Of a stretch of 64,000 nucleotides of DNA, positions 28,768-38,658 are shown piece after piece. Position 1 is the first letter of the stretch. Each line of letters starts with the position of its first letter. Location: contig CAZVQX010000001.1 in assembly GCA_964629735.1 (NCBI GenBank), positions 86,984 through 150,983 on the forward strand, written 5' to 3'. A program made the position numbers and the translations under genes. This stretch comes from an uncultured Muribaculaceae bacterium. GTDB lineage: Bacteria > Bacillota_I > Bacilli_A > RF39 > UBA660. Below the pieces are notes generated by a model that did not search any database, was not told where the DNA came from, and saw nothing but the letters and a program-made list of their open reading frames with translations.

Positions 28768-28806
28768 TCACCTATTTAATGTCCAATATTAAATAGGTGA
28801 TATTTT
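28768..28806 (+). terminator. Perfect 13-bp hairpin plus T-run after rlmH; also contains the spoIIR RBS
   Basis: TCACCTATTTAAT-gtccaat-ATTAAATAGGTGA then TATTTT. The spoIIR ATG at 28807 follows immediately. Confidence 0.6.
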
Positions 28807-29325
28807 ATGAAAAAATATATATTTATTATAATATTAATTATTGTTTCTTACTTTTTTTTAAATTTTGATAATAATATAAAGATACCAGATGAGGCTATTA
28901 GATTAAGAGTGATTGCTAATAGTAATTCTGAATATGATTTAAAAATAAAAGAAAAAGTAAAAAAAGAATTACAAAGTAATATTGTAACCATGTTAAGTAA
29001 TGTAAATGATATAAATGAGGCACGTATAATTATCAATAAAAATATATCTATGCTTGATAATAAAATAAGTAAATTATTAAAGAAAGAAAATTATTTATTA
29101 TCACATAGTTTAAATTATGGACTTAATTATTTTCCAGAAAAGCAATTTAAAGGTATAACTTATAAAGAAGGATATTACGAATCGATTAAAGTTACTCTTG
29201 GTGAAGCGTTAGGTGATAATTGGTGGTGTGTGTTGTTTCCACCCCTATGTTTATTAGAGGCTGAAGAATCAGATGAAATTGAATATAAATTCTTTATAAA
29301 AGAATTTATAAAAAAATATTTTTAG
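28807..29325 (+). CDS. spoIIR: Stage II sporulation protein R (SpoIIR)
   Basis: IRLRVIANSNSEYDLKIK and the hallmark GDNWWCVLFPPLC motif. Confidence 0.75.
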   Translation: MKKYIFIIILIIVSYFFLNFDNNIKIPDEAIRLRVIANSNSEYDLKIKEKVKKELQSNIVTMLSNVNDINEARIIINKNISMLDNKISKLLKKENYLLSHSLNYGLNYFPEKQFKGITYKEGYYESIKVTLGEALGDNWWCVLFPPLCLLEAEESDEIEYKFFIKEFIKKYF

Positions 29326-29358
29326 TATATTAAAAAACCATCTCATATTATATATTAG

Positions 29359-29907
29359 GTGGTTTTTATGTTGATATCAATTTTATTAATTGCAGTAGCA
29401 GTTAGTACTGATGCTTTTTCTCTTGCGTTAATATACGGGACTATAAGAGTTAATCAACATCAGTCCATTTTGTTATCATTAACAACTGGAATATTTCACT
29501 TTTTTTTACCATTGTTAGGCAGTTTATTAGGTAATAATCTAATTGCAATGTTTCATATAGAGATGAAGTTTGTCATAGCGTTCATTTTGTTTATTGTTGG
29601 AATTAGTATGATTAAATCAAAAAATGAGACCGATTGTTTACCTATATCACTATATTTCAGTGAAATGATATTATTTGCTTTAGCGGTTAGTTTTGACAGT
29701 TTATTTGTTGGTGCGGGACTTGATGCACTAAATTATAATAAATTGTTTATTTCTTTAATATTTTTTATTGTTAGTTTTATATTTACCATGTGTGGTATTA
29801 GTTTGGGTGGGAAGATTGAAAAAAGGATCGGCAGGATTGCAACTTTTATTGGTGGGATTATTTTGATACTATTGGGTTTGTACTGGTCTTTTTTTAAAAC
29901 TTTTTAA
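29359..29907 (+). CDS. DUF204/MntP-family membrane protein (YtaF-like)
   Basis: STDAFSLAL motif duplicated (VSFDSLFVGAGL), six transmembrane helices. Confidence 0.5.
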   Translation: MVFMLISILLIAVAVSTDAFSLALIYGTIRVNQHQSILLSLTTGIFHFFLPLLGSLLGNNLIAMFHIEMKFVIAFILFIVGISMIKSKNETDCLPISLYFSEMILFALAVSFDSLFVGAGLDALNYNKLFISLIFFIVSFIFTMCGISLGGKIEKRIGRIATFIGGIILILLGLYWSFFKTF

Positions 29908-30987
29908 TTTTATAATAATGGCTGTTATTAATGTAATTAAAAACATAGTTAATGATATTACATAAGGGAAAAAACTTTTTGCTAAGCTCATAGTTATAAC
30001 CGAACTAAAAAGAAAATAATCTCTAATTTTTAGTGTAATTATAGCTATAATTATAAGTAATGTTATATTGTATTTTTTAATTTTAAAATTTTGTTTGAAA
30101 TAAATTGATAAATAATAAAGATAAACACATATTGAAATATACATATTAAAAATCCAAAGGAGGGAGAAAATATTTTCAGAGTTTTCTAAAAAACCTGTTA
30201 TTTTAATTTTTTTCATAACATAGTACGATGGAAAACGATATATATCAGCTAGATCAGCTCCAATGATGTTAATAACTGTAAAGGTTACATATGTTAGTAA
30301 TAAAGTGGAACCAATATATCCAAATATAATATACTTGCTTAATTTTTCTTTGTTGATAATATTGTTTTTAGGTATTATTGTTAATAATAATAGTGCTGGA
30401 ACTGTATAAAATAAAAATTGTAACGACGATTTTAAAAGTGGGAATAGTCCGTCATTTAATAGAGGAAAAATATTACCTATTTTCATATATGATAAGAGAG
30501 ATATAGCAATAATAATATTAAAAATTATAGTTATATAAAATAAAATTTCTGAGCTTCTCGCAATAGTCTCAATGCCTTTATAAGTAGAATAAATGATTGG
30601 TATAAAGAATAGTATTCCCACAAAAAGTGGTGGCGTACCGATTAAATATTTTATTTCTGTAAAATTAGTTAATAGCCAAATTGTAAATATTAATAATATA
30701 AATGTACAAGTTGTTAAAAGTGCATTTATAATAGAACCCCCAATTTTTCCAAATAAATGATTAATTTTTTCAATAATATTTTTATCGGGCTCATAATTCA
30801 TAATATAAATTATTAATAATAGTGGTATAAGACCTATTAATGCACTAACTAATACAGCTAACCATGCATTTTGTTTAGCACTTTCATACAAAAACACTTC
30901 AGATACACCTTGAAATAAGCTACTGCTAATAAAAAAACAAATAAATGCGATTTGAAGGGCTGTGATTTTGTTGTTTTTAACAATCAT
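29869..30987 (-). CDS. gerAB: Spore germination protein, GerAB/amino-acid-permease family
   Basis: Ten-helix permease-like protein, downstream in the gerAA-gerAC-gerAB arrangement. Confidence 0.7.
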   Translation of the reverse strand: MIVKNNKITALQIAFICFFISSSLFQGVSEVFLYESAKQNAWLAVLVSALIGLIPLLLIIYIMNYEPDKNIIEKINHLFGKIGGSIINALLTTCTFILLIFTIWLLTNFTEIKYLIGTPPLFVGILFFIPIIYSTYKGIETIARSSEILFYITIIFNIIIAISLLSYMKIGNIFPLLNDGLFPLLKSSLQFLFYTVPALLLLTIIPKNNIINKEKLSKYIIFGYIGSTLLLTYVTFTVINIIGADLADIYRFPSYYVMKKIKITGFLENSENIFSLLWIFNMYISICVYLYYLSIYFKQNFKIKKYNITLLIIIAIITLKIRDYFLFSSVITMSLAKSFFPYVISLTMFLITLITAIIIKLKSFKKRPVQTQ

Positions 30988-30988
30988 T

Positions 30989-32185
30989 TTATTTCTCCTT
31001 TACCGATTTTAAAGCTGAACCTTTTTTTGTTAATCTATAATTAACTTTTACTTCATATTCAATATTTTTAAATAAATTATCCCATTGGCTTTTATGTTCT
31101 TTCCAATATTTATAATTAAAGCGGTATAGATACTGCCCAAAACCAAAAACATCACTGTTAAGCTCTTTTTTTGCTTTTTCAACAGTTTCTTTTACTATTT
31201 TTTTAATCTCGTTATTTATACCGATTTCCATTTTTTTTCTTTCTTCAACTGACTCCATATTTATGTCGCAATTCAATTCAGATTGAACTGCGTCACCGTT
31301 AATTTCGATTGTAACAAAAGGTTTATTGTTTTTAATTTTAACATTTATTTTACTTTTATTATTTAAAATTCCCATAGAGGCGTAATTTTCATTATCGCAT
31401 TTGAAGGATAGTTCACTTTTTTTTAAATTACCAGTTATCAGATTGTAGGCTAGAGTTTCTTTTTCATTTAAATAACCAACTAATTTATCTTTTTTAAAAA
31501 CTCCAACCCCGCCTATCTTTAACAGTACTTTTGGGATAGAGCTCATGGTATTTTCTTCAGTGCGTCCTTCTTCTATGTTACCATTAATAATAATTGTGGG
31601 AATGATCATTTCAATTCCATTAGCAATTTGACGTGCCAGCAATTCGTCGAAAGTAACGATATAACTTGTTCCATAATTATTAATAATATTTTCTGTACTA
31701 TCCATTATGTCCTGTGCAGGTTGCTCTTCAATAGGGGTTAGTATTGTTAAAATATCATCGGCATCATTTTTTTTTGACATCATAACGTTAAATTGCTTTC
31801 TAGATTCTGGACTTCTAACTAAAAAATCAATAAAATCATTAACGCCTTCTATACCAATGCTTTCATCTAATATAAATAAATTTGTATGGCCTATATAAAT
31901 TTGTTTTGGTGTTAGTTCGGTTAGTTTTTTTAAGGCTTCGTGAAAAGTTTTGCCTTTTGAAGTTAAAGTTGTAATTGGCATTTTAGATGTGGAACCTGTT
32001 GATGAACCATCGCTACTCTCCTTTTTGGTTGACATAATTTGAACCGTAATAATAAAATTGTCATTATCTTTGCTAATGGCAATTGCGGAAGCGAGAGATA
32101 TATCATTAAGTTCGCGATAATTCCAACAACCACTTATGAATAATGAAATAGTAAATAAGTATAAAATTTTTTTCATTATATTCAT
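30989..32185 (-). CDS. gerAC: Spore germination lipoprotein, Ger(x)C family
   Basis: Lipobox ISGC and a Ger(x)C-like domain. Its stop overlaps gerAB. Confidence 0.7.
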   Translation of the reverse strand: MNIMKKILYLFTISLFISGCWNYRELNDISLASAIAISKDNDNFIITVQIMSTKKESSDGSSTGSTSKMPITTLTSKGKTFHEALKKLTELTPKQIYIGHTNLFILDESIGIEGVNDFIDFLVRSPESRKQFNVMMSKKNDADDILTILTPIEEQPAQDIMDSTENIINNYGTSYIVTFDELLARQIANGIEMIIPTIIINGNIEEGRTEENTMSSIPKVLLKIGGVGVFKKDKLVGYLNEKETLAYNLITGNLKKSELSFKCDNENYASMGILNNKSKINVKIKNNKPFVTIEINGDAVQSELNCDINMESVEERKKMEIGINNEIKKIVKETVEKAKKELNSDVFGFGQYLYRFNYKYWKEHKSQWDNLFKNIEYEVKVNYRLTKKGSALKSVKEK

Positions 32186-33642
32186 TATATATCACCAACC
32201 TTTTGATTTGGTGCTTTTATCATCCTAGCGCCTTTTTTGTTGTATTTCCTCTTAAATGTTAGAAATATATTATTACCTATATTTTGAGTAACTAATGGAG
32301 CATACCCTGATAAAAAAGGCGTTCCAAATGAATTGATACTTGAAATGTTTGCAATAAATAAAAAGCCAACCGCCACAATTCCAACAAATCCAGAACTAGC
32401 AGCCCCGATTAAAAAAATTATTCTCCAAAATCTGGTTGCATAAGCTGCATCTAGATAGGTTAAAATTAACCCACTAATAGATGTCATGGCAATAACAATT
32501 ACCATTATTGGTGAGACAATGCCTGCTGTTACTGCTGCATCACCAAGCACTAGCGCACCAACAATTGATAATGAATTTCCAATTGTACTAGGAGCTCGTA
32601 TGTCCGTCTCCCTTAAAATTTCGAAAGTTAAAATCATTGATAAGGCTTCAAAAATTGCTGAAAAAGGCACACCGTCTCGCTGGGTTGAAAAATTTATTAA
32701 AAGTGCTGGCGGAATAGTTTCGTGATTATATGTTGTCATAGCAATGTAAATAGCTGGCAGAGTTAATGTTGTTAAAAAAGCGATTACTCTTATTATTCTA
32801 TTTACTGTAGCATTTAATGGCCGATTATAAAAATCTTCTGGTGAGTGAAAGAAGTCATTTGCAACAACTGGTATAATTGCTGCAAATGGTGTGTTTTCTA
32901 ATATAATTGCAATTCTACCATTTAAAAGATGTTGTGCAACAAAATCAGGCCTTTCGGTTGTTTGATAATTTGGAAATACATTTTTTTCATTAGCTGAAAT
33001 TAGTTCGATAATTTGTTGAACATCATAAACTGCTTCGATATTGATATTATTTATTTTATCTGTTATTGTGTCAACTATATTTTGGTCAGCTAAATCTTCA
33101 ATATATATAACCGCTGTCTTACTATTCCCTAGTGTTCCAACTGTGCTTTCTTTAATTTTTAATTTTGGTGTTTTTAGTCTTTTTCTAATTAATCCAATAT
33201 TTGTTTGATAATTTTCAATAAATGAATCTTTCGGTCCTTGAATAGTTCGTTCATTTGCGGATTCGACAATCGCGCTACTTAATTTTGATTTTGCTTCGAT
33301 ACCGATGCACTTTTGATTTTTGTCTACTAAAACAATAACAAACCCATTTAATAAATTTGAAATTATTTTACTTTTATCATCAATTATTGTACTTTTATGA
33401 GTAGGAGTGTTTGTATATAAAAAATCGATAAATTTTTTTGATTTTTTATAGTTGATTTCATATGATAAATATTCTAAAATAAAATCATTTATGAAACTGC
33501 TATCTATTAAAGTTTCTATAAAAACAACTGCGACATTGTTTGTGCCAACCATAAAATTTTTAATAATTAAATCTGGTACTTCGTTAAGCGAGTTCTTTAT
33601 TTCAGAAATATTTTGGTAAAGATTTTTACTTATATTATTCAT
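32185..33642 (-). CDS. gerAA: Spore germination protein, GerAA family
   Basis: Soluble N-terminal domain plus a C-terminal five-helix membrane domain typical of GerAA/KA. Confidence 0.8.
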   Translation of the reverse strand: MNNISKNLYQNISEIKNSLNEVPDLIIKNFMVGTNNVAVVFIETLIDSSFINDFILEYLSYEINYKKSKKFIDFLYTNTPTHKSTIIDDKSKIISNLLNGFVIVLVDKNQKCIGIEAKSKLSSAIVESANERTIQGPKDSFIENYQTNIGLIRKRLKTPKLKIKESTVGTLGNSKTAVIYIEDLADQNIVDTITDKINNINIEAVYDVQQIIELISANEKNVFPNYQTTERPDFVAQHLLNGRIAIILENTPFAAIIPVVANDFFHSPEDFYNRPLNATVNRIIRVIAFLTTLTLPAIYIAMTTYNHETIPPALLINFSTQRDGVPFSAIFEALSMILTFEILRETDIRAPSTIGNSLSIVGALVLGDAAVTAGIVSPIMVIVIAMTSISGLILTYLDAAYATRFWRIIFLIGAASSGFVGIVAVGFLFIANISSINSFGTPFLSGYAPLVTQNIGNNIFLTFKRKYNKKGARMIKAPNQKVGDI

Positions 33643-33733
33643 ATTTATCCCTCATTTTATATAATAACCAAAAAACAATAAAATATAAATATTTGAAATT
33701 ATGACAATTAGACATATGTTGTTAATTTTTTTA

Positions 33734-33762
33734 TTGACAATTAATTGACTTAGAGTTATGAT
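33734..33762 (+). promoter_or_regulatory. Sigma-A type promoter of the pilin-like gene
   Basis: TTGACA, 17-nt spacer, TATGAT, about 65 nt upstream of the ATG at 33827. Confidence 0.5.
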
Positions 33763-33826
33763 AGAAGTATATTATATAGGCCCTTGATTTATTTGAGTGT
33801 ATATTATTAAAAGTAGGAGAGATTAT

Positions 33827-35779
33827 ATGTTTAATAAAAAAAATGGTTTTACTTTAATTGAATTGTTAGGGGTTATTGTTGTTATATCATTGATTATGTT
33901 GATTATTACCCCGTTAGCAACAAGAGTGATTAAAGATACTGAGAAAAGGACTTTTGAAAGAAGTATTTATGGCCTTATGAGGGCAGCGGAAGTAGAAAAG
34001 AAAAATATTGAGTTTGATAATCCTAATATAGGAAAAATTATTTTTTCTTATAATAATGGTAATGAAATTTCTAGTTTTAGTGGTGCCAAATTAGATTATA
34101 GTGGTAAAAAACCACATAGTGGTAATTTAGTGATTAGACAAGATGGTAAAATAAATCTATCTTTTTATAAGAATGGTTGGTGCGCGAGTAAGGATTTTGA
34201 CAGCTCTGATGTTATGATTGTACAAGGTTTGGAAGAAGAATGCATATCGGGAATTGTTTTTGCGGTGATTGAATTAAATGGTGAAGAGTTAGTTAATGTT
34301 GAAATTAATTCTGAATATAACGATCCTGGTGTTATTGCTAAAACGAATAAAGGACATGCTATAGAAAATATAATCACAGAAATAACTTATAAAAAAAATA
34401 TTGTGTCTTCTGTAGATGCTTCTAAGTTAGGGACTTATAATATTAAATATTCGGTTGAGTATGAAGGCGTTTTGATAAGTACTGATAGGAAGGTTATTGT
34501 GAGAGATACAGTACCACCAGTTTTAAATGTACCTGCTGATATTGAAATACCAATTTCTTATGTTGATAGTTTTGATGTTTTAAAGGATGTTAGTGCATCG
34601 GATAATAGTTTGGAAATGGTCGATGTAATTGTTAGTGGTAATATAAGTAAATTACCTGGTGAATATATAATTACATATAGTGCAAAAGATTCCTCAGGTA
34701 ATGAGACAATAGTAAAAAGAAGAGTAAAAGTTGTTGATACATCAGCACCATTATTAACTCTATTAGGTCAGAATCCGCAAATAGTAAAAGTAAATGAAGC
34801 GTATATTGAATATGGTGCAACAGCGATTGATGATGTTGATGGTGATATAAGTTCTACAGTAATAAAAACAGGAACGGTTAATAATAAGGTTGTAGGGACA
34901 TATGAAATAACATACAAAGTAACTGATACATCAGGTAATACAACAACAAAAATAAGGACGGTAAAGGTCATTGATGATATAGCCCCAATATTAACCTTAT
35001 TAGGTCAAAATCCATATTCGATGAGGACTGGCCAAGTATATAATGATGCAGGTGCAACTGCGGTTGATAATGTTGATGGTGATATAAGTTCGAAAATTCA
35101 AACAACGGGTACCGTTAATGTTAATATTGAAGGAGTATATAAAATCACATATACTGTTAAGGATAATGCTGGTAATATAGCAACGGCGGTGAGAACTGTT
35201 AACGTAGATAGTACCTTACCGACGATAACTTTTAGTCTGGGTGGTAATGCTACTTATGCGAAAAGTCATAGTACTAAAGTTACAGTTAGCGATTCGATTA
35301 GTGGAATAAATTCTAATAGTTTAAAATATGTTTGGACTCAAAGTACGACTCAACCAAGTGAAGCTGATTTTAAAAATTCTTTTGGCAACGGTGGTACAGT
35401 TTATACTCCAAGTAAAACAACAGGTAGCTATTATCTTTGGGTAATTGCTAAAGATAATGCTGGTAATACTAAAATTCAAAGAAGTAATATCTTTAATATA
35501 GATAATACTCCACCTGTCATAACTTTAAATGGAGCATCGACCATATATTTGGATCTTGACGAATATTTTATTGATAGGGGTGCGACGGCGGTTGATAATA
35601 TAGATGGTGTAATTCCGGCAAATTTATCCCCTTTTAGTGAAGAGGTAAATACACACAAAGAAGGTATATATAAGTTACTTTATACTGCAACTGATAGTAG
35701 TGGGAATACGGCTGAGGCAGTAAGGACTGTATATGTTGGTTGTGTTAGGGATCCTAAAACAGGTTTATGGAATTGTTAA
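33827..35779 (+). CDS. Prepilin-type (type IV pilin-like N-terminal methylation domain) protein with six tandem Ig-like (DUF5011/HYR-like) domains
   Basis: Class-III signal peptide MFNKKNG|FTLIELLGVIVVISLIMLII (Gly-1, Phe+1, Glu+5). Tandem ~80-aa repeats follow, carrying the GATA.D.VDGDIS...G.Y.ITY...D.SGN signature. Start moved to the ATG at 33827 after AGGAGAG. Confidence 0.6.
   Translation: MFNKKNGFTLIELLGVIVVISLIMLIITPLATRVIKDTEKRTFERSIYGLMRAAEVEKKNIEFDNPNIGKIIFSYNNGNEISSFSGAKLDYSGKKPHSGNLVIRQDGKINLSFYKNGWCASKDFDSSDVMIVQGLEEECISGIVFAVIELNGEELVNVEINSEYNDPGVIAKTNKGHAIENIITEITYKKNIVSSVDASKLGTYNIKYSVEYEGVLISTDRKVIVRDTVPPVLNVPADIEIPISYVDSFDVLKDVSASDNSLEMVDVIVSGNISKLPGEYIITYSAKDSSGNETIVKRRVKVVDTSAPLLTLLGQNPQIVKVNEAYIEYGATAIDDVDGDISSTVIKTGTVNNKVVGTYEITYKVTDTSGNTTTKIRTVKVIDDIAPILTLLGQNPYSMRTGQVYNDAGATAVDNVDGDISSKIQTTGTVNVNIEGVYKITYTVKDNAGNIATAVRTVNVDSTLPTITFSLGGNATYAKSHSTKVTVSDSISGINSNSLKYVWTQSTTQPSEADFKNSFGNGGTVYTPSKTTGSYYLWVIAKDNAGNTKIQRSNIFNIDNTPPVITLNGASTIYLDLDEYFIDRGATAVDNIDGVIPANLSPFSEEVNTHKEGIYKLLYTATDSSGNTAEAVRTVYVGCVRDPKTGLWNC
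34304..35776 (+). repeat. Tandem ~240-bp intragenic repeats encoding the Ig-like domains
   Basis: For example, 34741-34980 and 34981-35220 are visibly similar at DNA level. Confidence 0.6.
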
Positions 35780-35796
35780 AATTTAAAAAAATAATA

Positions 35797-35830
35797 GAGG
35801 TTAGTCAAATAAACTAACTTCTTTTTTTGA
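35797..35830 (+). terminator. Rho-independent terminator after the pilin-like gene
   Basis: GAGGTTAGT...ACTAACTTC stem followed by a T-run. Confidence 0.55.
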
Positions 35831-35901
35831 CTTTTTAATTTAATAATTGATATTATTATTTTTTATGTTATAATACTAATGTTAAAAAAGGGGTGTTATT
35901 T

Positions 35902-36999
35902 ATGAGTTTAAAAGCTGGGATTGTTGGTTTGCCTAATGTTGGTAAATCAACTTTATTTAATGCGATTACAAAACAAAATATACTTTCAGCAAACTATCCA
36001 TTTGCCACAATATCGCCTAATATTGGGGTCGTAACAGTGCCGGATGTCCGTTTAAAATTTTTAACGGATTTATGCGATCCGGATAAGGAAGTTCCGACAA
36101 CTTTTGAATTTATAGATATTGCAGGTTTAGTTAAAGGTGCTTCAACTGGTGAAGGTTTGGGTAATCAATTTTTATCCAATATTCGAGAGGTTGATGCGAT
36201 TTGCGAAGTTGTTCGTTGTTTTGATGATTCTAATATTACTCATGTTGAAGGTGATATTGATCCCATTCGTGATATAGAAATTATAAATATTGAATTGATG
36301 TTGTCTGATTTGGAATTAATTATAAACAGAATTAATAGAATTGGTAAAAAGGGTATGATGAGTAAGGATCGTGAACTTTTAAAGGAAATGGCCATTTTAG
36401 AAAAAATAAAGGCTGGTTTAGAAAAAAATATACCTGTTCGTAATTTAAAATTTGAAGAGGAAGATTTGAAAATAATAAAGCATTTTAATTTATTAACATT
36501 TAAACCAATTATTTATATCGCCAATATAAATGAGGATGATTTAACTTTTGAAAACCAGTATGTAAAAACGGTTAAAGAATATGCTGATAAAGAGGGTTCG
36601 CTTGTTATTACATTATGTGCTAAAATCGAAGAAGAATTAAACAGTTTAGATGAAGCAGAACGAATGCAGTTTTTAAAAGAATTAGGAATTGAAGAAAGTG
36701 GCTTAAATAAAATGATAAGGGCAACTTATAATTTATTAGGACTTGCAACCTATTTTACTATCGGTAAGCAAGAAGTGCGTGCTTGGACTTTTAAAAAAGG
36801 AATGAGAGCGCCTGAGTGTGCCGGTATTATTCATTCTGACTTCGAAAAGGGATTTATTCGAGCAGAAGTAATTAGTTATGACGATTTGTTTTTACTTGGA
36901 AGTGAGAAAGCAGCTCGCGAGGCTGGGAAGATGCGTTTAGAAGGAAAGGACTATATTATGCAAGATGGGGATATATGTCATTTTCGCTTTAATGTATAA
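35902..36999 (+). CDS. ychF: Ribosome-binding ATPase YchF
   Basis: GIVGLPNVGKSTLFNAIT plus a TGS domain. Start at the ATG at 35902. Confidence 0.95.
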   Translation: MSLKAGIVGLPNVGKSTLFNAITKQNILSANYPFATISPNIGVVTVPDVRLKFLTDLCDPDKEVPTTFEFIDIAGLVKGASTGEGLGNQFLSNIREVDAICEVVRCFDDSNITHVEGDIDPIRDIEIINIELMLSDLELIINRINRIGKKGMMSKDRELLKEMAILEKIKAGLEKNIPVRNLKFEEEDLKIIKHFNLLTFKPIIYIANINEDDLTFENQYVKTVKEYADKEGSLVITLCAKIEEELNSLDEAERMQFLKELGIEESGLNKMIRATYNLLGLATYFTIGKQEVRAWTFKKGMRAPECAGIIHSDFEKGFIRAEVISYDDLFLLGSEKAAREAGKMRLEGKDYIMQDGDICHFRFNV

Positions 37000-37039
37000 A
37001 TTTAATAAAAGTCATTTACATATGGTAATATCTCTGTTA

Positions 37040-37107
37040 TAATTTAAACGCGAGTATTTATTTACTCCTTGCAAGAAATTGCCAAAAGACCATAAGGAGG
37101 TGGAATA
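37040..37107 (+). promoter_or_regulatory. rpsF promoter (TTACAT..TGTTATAAT) and 5' leader
   Basis: Extended -10 and a 60-nt leader before AGGAGG. Firmicute rpsF leaders carry an S6:S18-binding autoregulatory element. Confidence 0.35.
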
Positions 37108-37395
37108 ATGAAAAAATATGAAATTATGTTTATTGTAGTACCCACATTAGGAGAAGATGAAGTTAAGGAAGTTGTTAAAAACTTTGAAAATGTTATTACA
37201 ACTAATGGTGGTGTATTAGCTGGTTCGAAAGAAATAGGTAAAAGAGAATTAGCTTATGAAATCAAAAAATATAAGAGTGGTTATTATTATTTATTTGAAG
37301 TTGAAACAAATAATGATAATCCTGTTAAAGAATTTGATCGTTTAGCACTTATAAACAAAAATGTAATTAGACATTTGATAACAAAAATTAATTAA
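37108..37395 (+). CDS. rpsF: 30S ribosomal protein S6
   Basis: MKKYEIMFIV...ELAYEI. Confidence 0.95.
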   Translation: MKKYEIMFIVVPTLGEDEVKEVVKNFENVITTNGGVLAGSKEIGKRELAYEIKKYKSGYYYLFEVETNNDNPVKEFDRLALINKNVIRHLITKIN

Positions 37396-37412
37396 AAGAA
37401 GAGAGGGATTTT

Positions 37413-37895
37413 ATGAATCGCGTTTCACTTGTAGGAAGATTGACAGCTAAACCAGAATTACGAATGACTAATAATCAAATACCGTTTACAAGATTTAGTT
37501 TAGCGGTAAATCGTAATTTTTCTAATTCTCAAGGTGAGAGAGGTGCTGATTTTATTAATATCATTGCTTGGCGTAAACAAGCAGAAGTAATTTGTAATTA
37601 CTTAGATAAAGGAAGTTTAATTTCAGTAGGTGGACGAATTCAAACTGGTTCATATGATGATAAAGACGGTAAACGCGTTTATTCATATGATGTTGTTGTT
37701 GATGATTTTCAATTTTTAGAGACTAAAGCTCAAGCTCAAGCGAGAATGAATAATACTGACAATAATAATTTTGGGCCAAGCCCATATGACTATCAAACAA
37801 ACAATTATATGGGATATGATTTAAATAAGACTGAGGATCCATATAGTAGTATGGGTGATATTGTAACGTTGAATGATAATGACGATATAGATTAA
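37413..37895 (+). CDS. ssb: Single-stranded DNA-binding protein
   Basis: [13 protein letters not shown]-fold and an acidic C-terminal tail DDDIPF-like (NDNDDID). Confidence 0.95.
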   Translation: MNRVSLVGRLTAKPELRMTNNQIPFTRFSLAVNRNFSNSQGERGADFINIIAWRKQAEVICNYLDKGSLISVGGRIQTGSYDDKDGKRVYSYDVVVDDFQFLETKAQAQARMNNTDNNNFGPSPYDYQTNNYMGYDLNKTEDPYSSMGDIVTLNDNDDID

Positions 37896-37906
37896 GGAGG
37901 TATAAG

Positions 37907-38125
37907 ATGGCTGAATTTTATCGTAAAAAAAGAAAAGTATGTCAAATGTGTATTGGAAAAAATGTTGATTATAAAGACGTTGACATAATTAAAAAATATA
38001 TTAGCCTTGATAAAGGAAAGATATTACCAAGGAGAGTAACAGGTGCTTGCGCTAAGCATCAGAGACATATAGCTGGTGAAGTTAAGAAAGCTCGTTTTAT
38101 GGCTTTAATTCCGTTTGTTAAATAA
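37907..38125 (+). CDS. rpsR: 30S ribosomal protein S18
   Basis: [15 protein letters not shown]...ILPRRVTG. Confidence 0.95.
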   Translation: MAEFYRKKRKVCQMCIGKNVDYKDVDIIKKYISLDKGKILPRRVTGACAKHQRHIAGEVKKARFMALIPFVK

Positions 38126-38151
38126 AAATTGTTTAATAAACGGTTTTTTTT
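38111..38151 (+). terminator. Rho-independent terminator of the rpsF-ssb-rpsR operon
   Basis: CCGTTTGTTAAAT...GTTTAATAAACGG stem then TTTTTTTT. Confidence 0.6.
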
Positions 38152-38170
38152 AAAAAAATCATTAAAAGGC

Positions 38171-38199
38171 TTGCAAAACATATAATAAATGTGTATAAT
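38171..38199 (+). promoter_or_regulatory. S10 operon promoter
   Basis: TTGCAA, 17-nt spacer, TGTGTATAAT (extended -10). Followed by a ~130-nt GC-richer leader before rpsJ. Confidence 0.55.
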
Positions 38200-38330
38200 T
38201 AAAAAGTGTGTAGAGGCGTTGATGTGTAAGGTTGCTGAGACACCAGGTTGAGTTGTTAAAACAATAAAGGTGTGTCGGGTTTTTACATGGAGCAAGTCTG
38301 TACTAGATATAGGCGAAGGGAGGAATAGAG

Positions 38331-38639
38331 ATGTCGAAAACAAAAGTTCGAATCAAATTGAAAGCATTTGAGCATAAAAGTTTGGATAATGCTTGTGCAA
38401 AAATTATTGAAACTGTTAAGCGAACTGGTGGTGAAATAAGTGGACCAATTCCATTACCAACAGAAATAGAAAAAATTACTATTTTGCGAGCAGTTCACAA
38501 ATATAAGGATTCACAAGAACAATTTGAAAAAAGAACACATAAAAGACTGATCGAAATTAATAACCCAAGTAAGGAAACTATTGAGGCATTAACTCATTTA
38601 GATATTCCAAGCGGTGTTGATATCAAAATTAAATTATAA
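38331..38639 (+). CDS. rpsJ: 30S ribosomal protein S10
   Basis: Conserved sequence. First gene of the S10 cluster. Confidence 0.97.
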   Translation: MSKTKVRIKLKAFEHKSLDNACAKIIETVKRTGGEISGPIPLPTEIEKITILRAVHKYKDSQEQFEKRTHKRLIEINNPSKETIEALTHLDIPSGVDIKIKL

Positions 38640-38658
38640 TATATAGGAGGAAGAAAAT

